Assembly: GCF_001194135.2 (NCBI RefSeq)
Contig: NC_068981.1
Location: forward strand, 137,366,761-137,430,760
Length of the DNA: 64,000 nucleotides
Reading direction: 5' to 3'
From: Octopus bimaculoides
Lineage: Eukaryota
Part shown: piece by piece, positions 1 through 12,195 of the stretch
Numbering within the stretch: the first letter of the stretch is position 1
How the letters are laid out: each line of letters opens with the position of its first letter
Made by a program: the position numbers and the translations under genes
The notes under the pieces: generated by a model
Told to the model about the DNA's origin: nothing
Seen by the model: the letters and a program-made list of their open reading frames with translations, nothing else
Database searches by the model: none

Positions 1-15
1 CTTATTGTGTACCTT

Positions 16-424
16 ATTTTACTCTTTTACTTGTTTCAGTCATTTGACTGCAGCCATGCTGGAGCACCGCCTTTATAGTCGACCAAATCGACCCCAGAGC
101 TTATTCTTTGTAAGCCTAGTACTTATTCCAACGGTCTCTTTTGCCGAACCGCTAAATTACGGGGACGCAAACACAACAGCATCGGTTGTCAAGCGATGCT
201 GGGGGGGGGGGGCAAACAAACACATACACACACGTAGATATATATACATATATATACACACATATACAACGGTCTTCCAATTTCCGTCTACCAAATCCAC
301 TCACAAGGCTTTGGTCGGCCCGAGGCTATAGTAGAAGACACTTGCCCAAGGTACCGCGCAGTGAGGCTGAATCCGGGACCATGTAGTTGGCAAGCAAGCT
401 TCTTACCACACAGCCACTCCTGCA
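16..424 (-). mobile_element. tRNA-derived SINE family A (tRNA-like head, internal TA/CA microsatellite, body, AAAGAGT-type tail), full copy
   Basis: Minus strand reads GGAGTGGCTGTGTGGTAAGAAGCTTGC (A-box-like) ... then tail GCTCCAGCATGGCTGCAGTCAAATGACTGAAACAAGTAAAAGAG. Many homologues in the window. Resembles the octopus OK/OR SINE group; family assignment not verified. Confidence 0.85.
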
Positions 425-876
425 TATATAAAATACTACAATTAGCCGTCATTATTGACGGCAAGTGATCAGCTAGTTACATGATATGCACTTTATTGGA
501 TTTTGTTACATGTGTGATTCCCAGATCTGTAGAAAAATTGTCTTGTATAAAACCGGTATCTGGTACAAAAAATGCTGGAGACAGTTACACTAGACTATCT
601 TCTATTTGAACGATAACTGGGGATCTTCACAGATACAACTACACCAACACAGAGCGGACCTGGAATTAGTGGTGACTAAGGGGTAACTCCATAGTTACGC
701 CTGAACTCCCAAGCTAGATGAAGCCCCTCTTCCTTGATACAGCTTAATGTTTTACCTGATACATGGTACATCAATACACACTTGATTTATTATATTGCGA
801 ATGGTTTTTCGCTCTCAAAGCTTAGATTTTGGGTATCTCTCGTTCCAGGTCTTTATACCGGGATAGTTTGTCTTGG

Positions 877-1024
877 CATGGCTGTGGGGTTAGTTTCAAA
901 TGCAGTCTTATTGCGCAGCAAGTGTCTTCTACTATAGTTTCGGATTGATCACTGCCTTGTGAGGGAAATTGGTAAACGGAAACTGCATAGAAGCCCTCGT
1001 ATATATACATATCTGTGTACGTGT

Positions 1025-1082
<58 letters not shown>

Positions 1083-1765
1083 TTGTCACCATCCCCACTG
1101 CGTAACAGCCGGAGTTGGTTCTTTATGTTCCTATAACATAGCAGTTCGGCAAAAGAATTCTGTTAGAATAAATACTAGACTTCAATATNNNNNNNNNNNN
1201 NNNNNNNNNNNNNNNNNNNNNNNNNNNNNNNNNNNNNNNNNNNNNNNNNNNNNNNNNNNNNNNNNNNNNNNNNNNNNNNNNNNNNNNNNNNNNNNNNNNN
1301 NNNNNNNNNNNNNNNNNNNNNNNNNNNNNNNNNNNNNNNNNNNNNNNNNNNNNNNNNNNNNNNNNNNNNNNNNNNNNNNNNNNNNNNNNNNNNNNNNNNN
1401 NNNNNNNNNNNNNNNNNNNNNNNNNNNNNNNNNNNNNNNNNNNNNNNNNNNNNNNNNNNNNNNNNNNNNNNNNNNNNNNNNNNNNNNNNNNNNNNNNNNN
1501 NNNNNNNNNNNNNNNNNNNNNNNNNNNNNNNNNNNNNNNNNNNNNNNNNNNNNNNNNNNNNNNNNNNNNNNNNNNNNNNNNNNNNNNNNNNNNNNNNNNN
1601 NNNNNNNNNNNNNNNNNNNNNNNNNNNNNNNNNNNNNNNNNNNNNNNNNNNNNNNTATATATATATATATATATATATTGGGTTCGATTTATTCGACTAA
1701 AGCATTTAAGGCAGTACCCCAGCATGGCCGCAGTCCACAGACTAAAACAAGTAAGAGATAAAAGA
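877..1765 (+). mobile_element. SINE family A, degenerate copy spanning an N-gap
   Basis: Head remnant, (TG)n, body, gap, then tail CAGCATGGCCGCAGTCCACAGACTAAAACAAGTAAGAG. Confidence 0.65.
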
Positions 1766-2688
1766 TATCTTTCAGAGCTACATTGTCGTCTGTTGGAATT
1801 GATATATCGATTGATTTGTTTTATTCATCAGTTTTTGCAGGTGAATGGAAACATCGGTAAAGATAAAAAACAAAACACCGTGTAGCATTTTAGTTACGTC
1901 TGTTTCTTGCTTGACTTCAGATCCTGTCAGAATTGACTCTGCTTTTTACTCTTTCAGGATCGTTAAAATATTAAGTCAGTCAAGAAATGAAATCGGTTTA
2001 ATCGACTGTTTCTTTTACCAAACGTCAATGTTATGGACGTATGTAAGAAATATATTTTCTTTAGACTAACAGTTAACTACTTTCAGAATCTGGTAAATTT
2101 GTTTAGCAGTAAGAATTGTAAAGTGAACAAAGATTAAGAATTCGAATTGTTAAGTATGTGTAAACATATTTAATGGCTGAACCATAAAAAACAAATTAGA
2201 GGGCTTATATGTCCCAAAATTAGACTATTTTCTTAAGTCAATACACAGTGATCGCTTATAAGCTTTAAGCTAATAAAATATTATCAATATTTACAGAATT
2301 TTAACTCGGTACCGCTTATCAAATCATCGCAGAAAACGCCTATGCTTGTTTGTTTGTTTAATTGGAAATAATGAAGTATTGAGGCGGGTGGGGGGAACAC
2401 AACAGACGAACTAACGATATGATTATTAATATTTTTGACAAGTACGGGTAATAACTCTGGAAGGAGTCGATTTTATTTTGACATCATCAGGGGACCAATG
2501 ACATTTACTGTACTCGCAGAAGACGTTATAAAAGAATCACTTAGTATAAGATTGTACATTGGTTGACGTTGGAAAATACAGTTAAGAATTTAATAATTCA
2601 AAGACACCATCTGCATGTAAAGCAATAATTTTCTTTAATAATAAAACATATATTTAGGCTGACAAGAGACACACATACACAAATATAC

Positions 2689-2773
<85 letters not shown>

Positions 2774-2774
<1 letters not shown>

Positions 2775-2960
2775 GAGAATGTACGAAAAAGCAACAACAG
2801 ACGAGGACAGATGGTATAAACAACAAAAGGATGCATTAGTATGACGCTCGGGAATACGGAAAGTCTTTAACGTTTCGAGCTACGCTCTTCAACAGAAAGA
2901 ATACGGAGACAAGGAGAAAAACACGGAGAAAAAAAATTGAATAGTGTTCAGTCAACGGTC
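2774..2960 (-). mobile_element. Penelope-like element terminal-repeat remnant carrying a hammerhead motif
   Basis: Contains a minimal type I hammerhead-like motif (next feature); these motifs are characteristic of Penelope pLTRs. Confidence 0.45.
2864..2900 (-). ncRNA. Minimal type I hammerhead ribozyme motif (A6>U variant)
   Basis: Minus strand: TCTTT-CTGTTGA-A-GAGC gta GCTC-GAAA-CGTT-AAAGA. This gives a 5-bp stem I, 4-bp stem II, ACGT palindromic stem III and a GUU triplet. Confidence 0.55.
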
Positions 2961-2964
2961 AATC

Positions 2965-2995
<31 letters not shown>

Positions 2996-3177
2996 TTATA
3001 TATATACACATATATACATATATGTATACATATATATATATATATACACACACACAGATTATATATATATATATAAATATATATATATTTACATATCTAC
3101 TACATATATGGGAAAATCGGTGTGTTTTTGTTTGTGGCATTGTTAGCTACATCGTTTTATTGATTTTGACGAAACTG

Positions 3178-3612
3178 GACACGTGAGTAGAACTCATGTT
3201 TGGAAACCTTGTGACATACTTAGATTGTTGAAAAAATCGATAATACGGCCCTCGGAAGGGACCTTTATATCTACCTCATATAACTATTTTTTAAACACCC
3301 AAGGAAAATAACCCATAGCACCTGCACAATATTTTATTTAAACACTCAAGGGAAATAACCCATTTCATTATTTATGTTCCATTTGAATATTGATTTTATT
3401 GTGTGTCCAATTTTTAATTTTTGCAGACAATATCACCTTTATATTTTATTTGACACGTGAGTAGAACTCATGTCTGGAAACCTTGTGACATACTTAGATT
3501 GTTGGAAAATATCGATAATAGGATCCCTCCAATGGATCCTTCTATCTACTACATATTACTAATATTTTATTTAAACAACCCAAGGGAAGTAAACCATACA
3601 ACCTGCAGATCA
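3178..3612. repeat. Diverged local tandem duplication, about 274-bp offset
   Basis: GACACGTGAGTAGAACTCATG(T/T)...GGAAACCTTGTGACATACTTAGATTGTTG starts at both 3178 and 3452. Confidence 0.8.
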
Positions 3613-3920
3613 ATATTTGATTCTCACAATCAACCGACCTAATTCTGCATATCACTACTCACAGTTTTGAACTGCTAAACCTTATTATTGTACTTCCTTA
3701 ATTTGAATCTTAAACATTAAAGACTTCATTCATACATTTCTATACATAGATACTTTTTTGAATGCCCATTACTCCGATAATTCTGCATTTTTACAGTTAC
3801 ACTTATTCCATGACAGTAGATAAATTTTTCATTCCACTCCAGCGCTTGAATGACTATCCTTCATTAAGGAGGTTAAAATCCTCTCTACTGGAAGTACAAG
3901 GTTTCAGATTTTGGGGGAAG

Positions 3921-4094
3921 GGATTAAGTCGATTACATCTATCCCAGTGCGTAACTGGTACTAATTTTATCGACCCCGAGACGATGAAAGGCAAAGTCAA
4001 CCTCGGCGGAATTTGAACCCAAAATGTAACGGTAGACGAAATACCGATAAGCACTTCGGTCGGTGTACTAACGATTCTGCCAGTTCGCCGCCTT
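3921..4094 (-). mobile_element. CORE-type tRNA-derived SINE family B
   Basis: Minus strand AAGGCGGCGAACTGGCAGAATCGTTAG...GTTGACTTTGCCTTTCATCGTCTCGGGGTCGATAAAATTAGTACCAG. Confidence 0.8.
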
Positions 4095-4099
4095 ACTAA

Positions 4100-5080
4100 G
4101 GAGGCTAAAATAAAATCGAGATATGCTTGGAGTTGTCACTGTGTCTCTGGAATGACTGAGAGAATTTAGTAACTTTAGGATGTTGTTGTATTAGTGCCTG
4201 TAGATGTTTCAGGGTGATTCTTTATGTATTGGCAGGAACTGTGGTGTTGAAGTTTGCCGTAGCAGCAAACTGTGACCCTTGCATGTGCAGATGGTCTTTC
4301 ATTTTAAAGACACTTTTTCATTGTATTGATCACCCACGATGACGCGAGGTTTGTTGCTTTGTGAACTTTGTAGTTTATTGTGATTTGTTACAGAGATATG
4401 AGAACCAGACATGGTTAGTATAATCCATGATGAATACGATACACTCTTTGTACACCAGCATCCTCTTAGTGTAGTATACAAAGTACACTAAGAGGATGCC
4501 GATGTTAGTGCTCTGTTCGTTATTTTGCTTCTTTACTATATTCCCTACGTGTTCTATTGATTTATGATGTTGTTTTATCACTCTAAGTATGATTAAGTCT
4601 AGACTTGTTTTGTTTCTTATGTCTTCCATATATGCTATAAATGTTGTAATTGTGTCATATTCATCTCCAAATAATATCTGTTCCTTGCGTGTGTAATGTG
4701 CTAATGCTGTTGTTTGGTTTCTGATCAGCTTTGATTGTACAAATCCACGATCAAAGACCTTTTCATCAATTGTAGACAGCGCGTCAAAGACATTATCCGA
4801 TGTGTTCTATCTTTTTAAGACGCATGCTATAAGCTGAGTAAGATCTGGCTACTATTTCTAGCATATCGAACAACTATGCAAAGATCTACTCGTTTAGATT
4901 GTGGTATATACATGTTGAGTATTATAGTCGCTGGCCTTGCTGGTAAAAGGATTGTAATTTTTAGGTGTTTGTTAAGTTCAAATAGCTGTGCAGCAGTGTC
5001 TCGGGACTGGTTGGATGAAGAATATTGCTTTTCTATGGAAGCTGGATTTACTGGAAGTGGCAGCTGAATATCTGAAATCA
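4100..5080 (-). mobile_element. Very old non-LTR reverse transcriptase remnant
   Basis: Minus frame gives ALSTIDEKVFDR, resembling the LINE RT motif LD.EKAFDR, with a later QG motif; heavily degraded. Confidence 0.25.
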
Positions 5081-5223
5081 TATTTAAGAAAAAAATGTCA
5101 CAATAGTTAATTTAGTCGTGGATGCACTTCGCCTGAATAATAAAAACGGTGTGATCGTTATTGGAATACCTCTGACGATATGTCAGCAATTACCTTACAG
5201 TTATTGATATATATCGCCTTTCC

Positions 5224-5440
5224 AAGGTGGCGAGCTGGCAGAATGGCAGCACGCAGAGCAAAATGTTTAGCAGCATTTCATCCGTCTTCATGCTCTGAGT
5301 TCAAATTCTGCCGAGGTCGACTTTACCTTTCATCCTTTCGAAGTCGAACAAAATAAGTACCAGTTGAACACGGGGAGAAATGATGTAATCGACTAACCCC
5401 TCTCCTAAAACTGTTGGCCCTGTGCCAAAAATTAAAATCA
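5224..5440 (+). mobile_element. CORE-type SINE family B (common tail type)
   Basis: AAGGTGGCGAGCTGGCAGAAT...GTCGACTTTACCTTTCATCCTTTCG; tail CTAAAACTGTTGGCCCTGTGCCAAAA. Confidence 0.8.
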
Positions 5441-6904
5441 GTAAATCACTTTTCCTTATTAACTCATTTAGTTCGCAAATATGATCGATTTAATATAAAG
5501 TCAGCCAAAGAATTTCACACATGCACAAACGCACACATACATATACATACATGAATCTATGCATATGTTTGTTTTTTCAAATTTACTTATGTATACATGC
5601 ACGAATGTGTACTGTATGTATGTACATGTATGCTGTATTTGTGTAATGTATGTGGAAAGAATTAAAGTTTTGTAATCAATTTTACACAGAATACGTGTGC
5701 TGGGTCTATACATGTAATATGTGTATACAATGTTTATTGTATTGAATTCGATTAGAGTCTTCTTATAGTTCTCGAGTATTCATTGAGAAGCTTTCTACTA
5801 CTTTTGTGGTAGAAATATGTAAAAAAAATCTGAAAAAATACTTTTTTTCTTCTACTGTATATCGCTTATGTCTTGCCATACAAGATCGATATCTACTTGT
5901 TTGCTTATCAATTTAGAGCAAGAATTTCTAAATTTACAAAATATTTTAAACAAAATATGTTTATTTCTATCGTAGTAATTTTTTTTTTTTTTTCTTAAAT
6001 AAATAACACTTTTGGAAACGACCGATTTTACTGACTTCTTTGCTGTTGTTTTGCTCTTAGTCAACCGTGATCAGACTGAGGATGAACGGTTTTCTAGCCA
6101 TGACCAGCTCATCTGTCATTGTTTTTCTTTCACTTCAGATAATCAAATCCTGTCTAGTAATTCATTATGTGATGTTTGTAGCCTTCCCGTTTTTAAGGTG
6201 GTAGAATGTAATTTAAGGTCTCTTTGGCTACAATTTCGTATATAGCGTATCTCGGCTTGCAAGTGAACAATATGTTTATGCAACATGTAGACGTTAGAAA
6301 TTGTTATTATATACAAAATTAATTTGTACAGAATATTACTTTGTCTTCTGAGATTATGTTACTGTTAGATGTACTTTAACATCAATACTATTGTGGATTG
6401 TACTAGTTTTAGTTTTTTTTTTTTTTTCATTTACTATATTCCATTGTTTTAAGTTAGTCTCTTTGTCGTTGACACGTTACATATTTTCTTTAATCACATC
6501 CTCGAAATATTTCCTACGTTTAATTTGTTGTTTGAAGGCATATAAGTTTTTAAATCTATTTTACACAGAACATGTGGTTTATTCGAAATTACTGCTGTCA
6601 TTGGTTTGCAATCTAAACTGTATGAGAATATCATACATTTTGTGGAATGATATATTTGCAAGAGCACAGTCTCCCAGTTTGTGGTTTAATTTTATTGACT
6701 ATCAATTGTGACACGTAATCCACGAGAACCTTCTGCAAATATTAAATATATTTTCCGTAGTTCAAAACACTATTGTGTATAACTGTTCTCTCCAGCAAAG
6801 TGTTTCTGCCTTTTTATTTTATATACCATATTTACTGGTGTATAAATCGCATCATTAATTTAGTGTTAAATCTTCGTTAAAATTTTTTTTCTCTTCGTAG
6901 TTTT

Positions 6905-6992
6905 TGTTTTGACCCGTGTATAAGTGGCATCAAGATTTTCAGCTAAAATCAAGTATAAGATAGTGCGCCTTATACACGAATAAATAGGGTAT
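6905..6992. mobile_element. Tc1/pogo-like transposon terminus (second copy about 8352-8435)
   Basis: CGTGTATAAG...CTTATACACG inverted motif ending GCGCCTTATACACGAATAAATAGGGTA, resembling pogo-type ends. Confidence 0.4.
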
Positions 6993-7042
6993 ATATTTAT
7001 ACTACACGTCGTATCCTACCTTAGACAATCTTTTTGATTATA

Positions 7043-7478
7043 TCTTTTATCTTTTACTTGTTTCGGTCATTACACTACGGCCATGCTGGAGCACCATTTT
7101 GAAGGGTTTAGTCAAACAAATCGACCCCAGTACTTTTTCTTTATAGTCTGTTACTTATTCTATCGCTCATTTTTGCCGAACCGCTAAGTTGCGGGGGGGG
7201 GGCACGATATAAAAATAAATGCAGTGGCCGTCATGTGAAGACAAGCGCGTAAAAATATACACATATATATATCTTTGTACAACGGGATTTTTTCAGTTTC
7301 CGTCTATCAAAATTTTGTCCAACAGGCTTCTTTCAGTTTCCGTCTATTAAGTTCATTCCAAGCTTTGATCGTCCCGGGGCTATTGCAGATGACATTTTTC
7401 CAAGTTGCCACACAATAAGACTGAACTCAGAACCATGTGGTTGAATAGCAAACTTCTTACCACACAGCTACGCCTGTA
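7043..7478 (-). mobile_element. SINE family A, full copy
   Basis: Tail, body and head all present; head intact through GCAAACTTCTTACCACACAGC. Confidence 0.8.
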
Positions 7479-8482
7479 GAAGACAGCTTCCTTAAAATTC
7501 GAACTTGGAGTGTTTAAGCTCGAAACTCAAAACAGTTGTTACTATATTTGGTAACACTGAAGTGAGATACTTATGACTAATAATTAACAACATTGTATAT
7601 ATTAATATTGACCAGCGTTAATTTTGCCTATTTTTCTTGAACTCTGTTGTAAAGTCTTCATTTTTCATGGCAGTTTTTGATGGGCGATGACAAGCAAAAA
7701 GACAAGTTTCATTTCCTGCCTAGAAGCCTCATGGAACATTCTGGACTTTTGAATTATAAAAACTCTGGTGTTTAACTCTCTAAAGAAATACTTTCTATTG
7801 CTGCTGGAGAACTTGTGTCTTTAACATCAATATTATTGTGGATTGGACTAGTTGTAGTTCGTTTTCATTTACCATATTCCATCATTTTAGTTTAGTTTCT
7901 TTGTCGTTGACACGTTACATATTTTCTTTAATCACATCCTCGAAATATTTCCTACGTTTAATTTGTTGTTGGAAGGCATATAAGTTTTTAAATATATTTT
8001 ACACAGAACATGTGGTTTATTCGAAATTACTGCTGTCATTGGGTTGCAATTTAAACTGTATGAGAATATCATACATTTTGTGGAATGATATATTTGCAAG
8101 AGCACAGTCTCCCAGTTTGTGGTTTAATTTTATTGACTATCAATTGTGACACGTAATCCATGAGAACATTCTGCAGATATTAAATATATTTTCTGTAGTT
8201 CAAAACACTATTGTATATAACTGCTCTCACCAGCAAAGTGTTTCTGCTATCTTTTTATTTTATATACCGTATTTACTGGTGTATAAATCACACCATTAAT
8301 TTAGTGTTAAATCTTCGTTAAAATTTTTTCTCTTCATAGTTTTTTTTTGTTTTGACCCGTGTATAAGTGGCATCAAGATTTTCAGCTAAAATCAAGTATA
8401 AGATAGTGCGCCTTATACACGAATAAATAGGGTATATATTTATACTACACGTCGTATCCCACCTTAGACAATCCTTTTGATT

Positions 8483-8709
8483 ATATCTTTTATCTTTCAT
8501 TTGTTTCGGTCATTACACTACGGTCATGCTGGAGCACCATTTTGAAGGATTTAGTCGAACAAATCGACCCCAGTACTTTTTCTTTATAATCTGTTACTTA
8601 CTCTATCGATCATTTTTGCGGATCCGTTAATGTTGCGGGGGACGCAAAATAAAAAAAAAGGGGTTGTCATGTGACGACAAACGCGTGAATATATACATAC
8701 ATACATACA

Positions 8710-8745
<36 letters not shown>

Positions 8746-8930
8746 TATTTGTACAACGGGTTTTTTCAGTTTCCGTCTATCAAATTTTTGTCCAACAGAC
8801 TTCTCTCAGTCTCCGTTTATCAAATTCAATCAAGGCTTTGAGCGTCCCGGGGCTATTGCAGATTACATTTGTTCAAGTAGCTACGCAGTGGGGCTAAACT
8901 CAGAACCATGTGGTTGAATAGCAAACTTCT
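8483..8930 (-). mobile_element. SINE family A, head interrupted by a retroelement
   Basis: Matches the 7043-7478 paralogue up to GCAAACTTCT, then switches abruptly to unrelated sequence. Confidence 0.8.
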
Positions 8931-10574
8931 CTATTTTATGATATTGCCTATGAAAGCCGTACATAGAGGGGACAGCACAAGGTGGGGACAGCACAAGGTG
9001 GGGACAAAAAAAAAAGAAAACGAATAGAAAGGATAGATTAAATATAATGAAAGATGAAATGAAGCCGTTCGGCCCCACCTCAGAGCGACTTCAATGAACC
9101 TGTTAATACTACGTTTTTTTTTTTTTTAACCTAGTTTATAACACAATTATTAGCGACAGCCAATCATCATTCCTCCGAAGGATGTTTACATTGTGCTTCT
9201 TTAAAATATCACAAACACTTGCTTGCTGAGGCATTGAGCTGGTGTCCAATTTCTTGATCCAGCACGCACAGTCATGGTTTTCCTCAAAGTCCTTTAATCT
9301 TGATATATATTCCGGGTCTGCTACTACACAGAAGGTACTCGAGTATCCCTTTCACGCTTGATACATCCACTTTTATAACACTGTCCCACGAGTCTATTTC
9401 GTTATACAATTCTTCATTGTCTCCACTGTACGTTATAACATAATTTTCCAAGGACGAGGGTGGGGAAATTTGGGCTCCTGTGTGTTTGTGCTTGTGTTTA
9501 TGTCAGGTAGGGCATGGAGAGGGCTGGTGTCTGTAGGGAGTGGCTGGTGTCTGTAGGGAGTGGCTGGGGTAGAGTGGATGTGGGATGGAGTCGTCCTTTA
9601 CAGCATGTACCTTTTTTTCTCTTTCTTCTCTTTTTCCCAGCTGTTTCCCATTCATTATCCATCTCTTCTTCGATGCTAAACTGGTTTTTATCTGTATTGC
9701 CGCTTCACTCCTTTTCCTCAACCTCCAAGGGTAGTGGAGCACCAGCTACTTTCTCCTTCTCTTGTCTCTTTTTAGCCTTCAGGACAATTCGCTCTATTGT
9801 GGCCTTTTAGGCCACATTTATAGCACCGCGGTATCCTCCCTTCCACTCTGAATTTCACTGTTGCGTCTCCAACAGTGATTGTCTCTACCATATTTTCGAT
9901 ATCTTCCACGGCAACCTGTACCACCATATCGAGGCTTTGTCCTTGCCAGTTCCTGTGGCTTGTTCTGAAGGACCACCACCTTCTTCTCCATGCCTAGCAA
10001 TATGGCAACTACCAGCCAGGCTACATCCACTTCTGGGGGTATGTTTTCTACCCTAACTCTGGAAGCACGTCTCTTAAGGTATACAGGTAGGAGCACCACT
10101 TCTTCGGTTTTTAGCGGTGTAACTGAGTGCAGCCTGGCAGTAGCTACCTCCCGAAACCGCACGACCACTGTCCCAATTTTTTTTTCTCTAGCTTCTACCG
10201 AGTATGTTCTGTAATTATGGTTTTCTCATTTTTCTCTTCGTTCCCCTCCCTTTTAATCATTTCCTTGAATTTTCTTATATCCTCCAGCTTTACGTCTTCG
10301 CTTCTTTCCTTCGTCACCTCTGCATAATTTTTCGTCGCCATCACTTCATCTATCCTCTTCAAACACTCCACCATTTCTTCCTCAGACGACACAAAGTCTG
10401 AAGAAGGATAATTCACAAAGTCTGAAGAAGAGTAATTCAAACTTTCGCAGCTCCTCACCCGACGTCCCTCCATTAAACAAGAGGGAAAACGTCGCACCAC
10501 TAAGACGGCAAAAAAAAAAAAGCACGTTTGTTACTCACAAAACCAACAATTCAACTAGCAAACGCTATACCGGA
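8931..10574 (-). mobile_element. ORF1-only non-LTR element (HAL1-like): gag-like ORF1 remnant plus LINE-type 3' tail
   Basis: Frameshifted ORF from about 10473 to 9133 with acidic/coiled N-terminus, VRVENIPPEV segment, CCHC knuckle CYKCGLKGHNRANC (9784-9825) and Lys/Glu-rich linker. About 200 bp of tail follows; no EN or RT sequence is visible. Confidence 0.7.
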
Positions 10575-10585
10575 AGCAAGCTTCT

Positions 10586-11620
10586 TTATTTCATTAATAT
10601 TTGCTATACAAGCATTACAAAGAGGGGAGAAACAAGGACAGACAAACGTAAAATGGTGAAGAAGCTGCTACAATTTAAAAGGTCTTTTTTTTTAATGATA
10701 AATTACGATTAAAAATTACGATTAAAATTACTGTAAAAATTTAAAAGTTCGATGATATCACATTGCCACTTGCAATGTATCTCCTGAAGGAAAGGCACCC
10801 GACCACCAGGGTAGAACCTTTGCTTCTTTTCGGGGCTCCACTTACTTGGTGCCAATCGCTCCCAGCTTTCTTACCACAAACTTCCATCTTCTCTCGAATC
10901 CTTCTCGTGACAGGTACCTCTTATCCAGCCTGATCTTACTACTGAGGTGGTAATTAAAAAAGTTAACCAACCCCTGGCCAGATACAAAGGTATCCGTCAC
11001 TATTCCTTTCACACGCGTCTTCCATACTGTTTCTTTCAGTATGGCTACTACGCAGAAAAAGCAAGCCTTCCTCTCCTTGTTGAGGGAAGGAGGCGGCACA
11101 ATCTCGATGATAGAGACTCAGCCGATAGCTGTACTCTTCCCATCGATGACGACAGTTGTTCTTCGAAAGCTATCAGTCCCGTTAATTTCGGACACTCCAC
11201 AAATGCGTGCAAGACGGTTTCTCTGTCCCGCCCGCACCTCGGACATGTCGGCGAGACGGCACTTCCGTGCCTTGACAGTTTATCGCGAGCAGGTAACGCC
11301 GCACGGAAGCACTGCCAAGCCAGAGACTTCTGGTAATTATCCAGATACTCCGGCCTGAAAGCTCCCCTGAACAGGTTGATCAACTGATTTTCATCGTAGC
11401 CCAGAGTCTCCCCCAAGGCGTCTTCGGACATAATCTCCACTAATCCGCTATAAAAATCCGCGGTGGAACTCCTACTGCCGGCATTGCCCGCCTGAGAGAG
11501 CAACTGAAGTGCCAGACGGCACTCCAATTGCCAATCTCCCAGCCTAGGTCTTTGCTTGATCCATGTACCAATGGCCGTTAAGGACGTTAGCTGCGGAAGA
11601 TAGAACCGGACATGCGAGGG
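10586..11620 (-). mobile_element. 5'-truncated Tx1/L1-superfamily LINE: ORF2 C-terminus and 3' UTR
   Basis: YQKSLAWQCFRAALPARDKL...TCPRCGRDRETVLHAFVECP (zf-RVT-type CCHC motif), then ETVWKTR...FERRWK; 3' end AATAAAGAA. Confidence 0.85.
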
Positions 11621-12195
11621 AACTTCTATATATATTTGCCCAACTAGAAATAACAGTCAAATTTTCATCAAAACACACCCCATCGTCTTAAAAGAACACT
11701 TTAAATAACATTGTCTTGGATGTACACAGACTGGAAAAATGCGACAAAATTGTCACGGCTGAAATGATCATATGTTTCTCTCAATAAACACCAGTAATAG
11801 CTAAGATCGTCACCATTAGTTTGTGGACAAACTACTTCGTTGCTGAGCTTCTTTTTTTTTGCCATTATTATAAGCGTTGCGGCTTCTTTGAACAACCAAG
11901 CTTCATATCACTGACTCCACCCTATTCCATGTATTTTCTTCTTTTGCAAACTCCCACCCACCGTATCGCAACCAACAAATCTCGCACTACACATTTTGCT
12001 TAAGGTTTCCATCCTTACCGATGTGCACGTTGAATGTCCAATGCATTGATTTCATCAATCCTGGAAGATTTGCAATGCTAAGATCATTACCCTTCGTTTA
12101 AACAATATCCATTGTATCCTGGATTATATACTTTTATATATACACACGTGCGCGTGTGCACACATACACTTAATAAACTGCACAAACGTTAGGTA

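Larger units (their letters stand above)
6374..8930. repeat. About 1.1-kb local duplication (6374-7457 and 7819-8930)
   Basis: Near-identical translated ORFs at 6391 and 7838; both copies contain the same pogo-like end and SINE A copy. Confidence 0.9.

Noticed and set aside
6391-8149. Duplicated ~105-aa hydrophobic ORFs; a possible piggyBac-like peptide on the reverse strand
   Set aside because: They come from the local duplication; opposite frames are full of stops and no convincing motif was found.
8968-9562. Short direct repeats (17-bp x2, 21-bp x2) as CRISPR-like repeats
   Set aside because: Adjacent repeats without spacers inside a retroelement, in a eukaryotic context.
11640-12100. 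Possible RTE endonuclease trace (FNVHIGKD) on the minus strand
   Set aside because: Only one short motif; too degraded to call.
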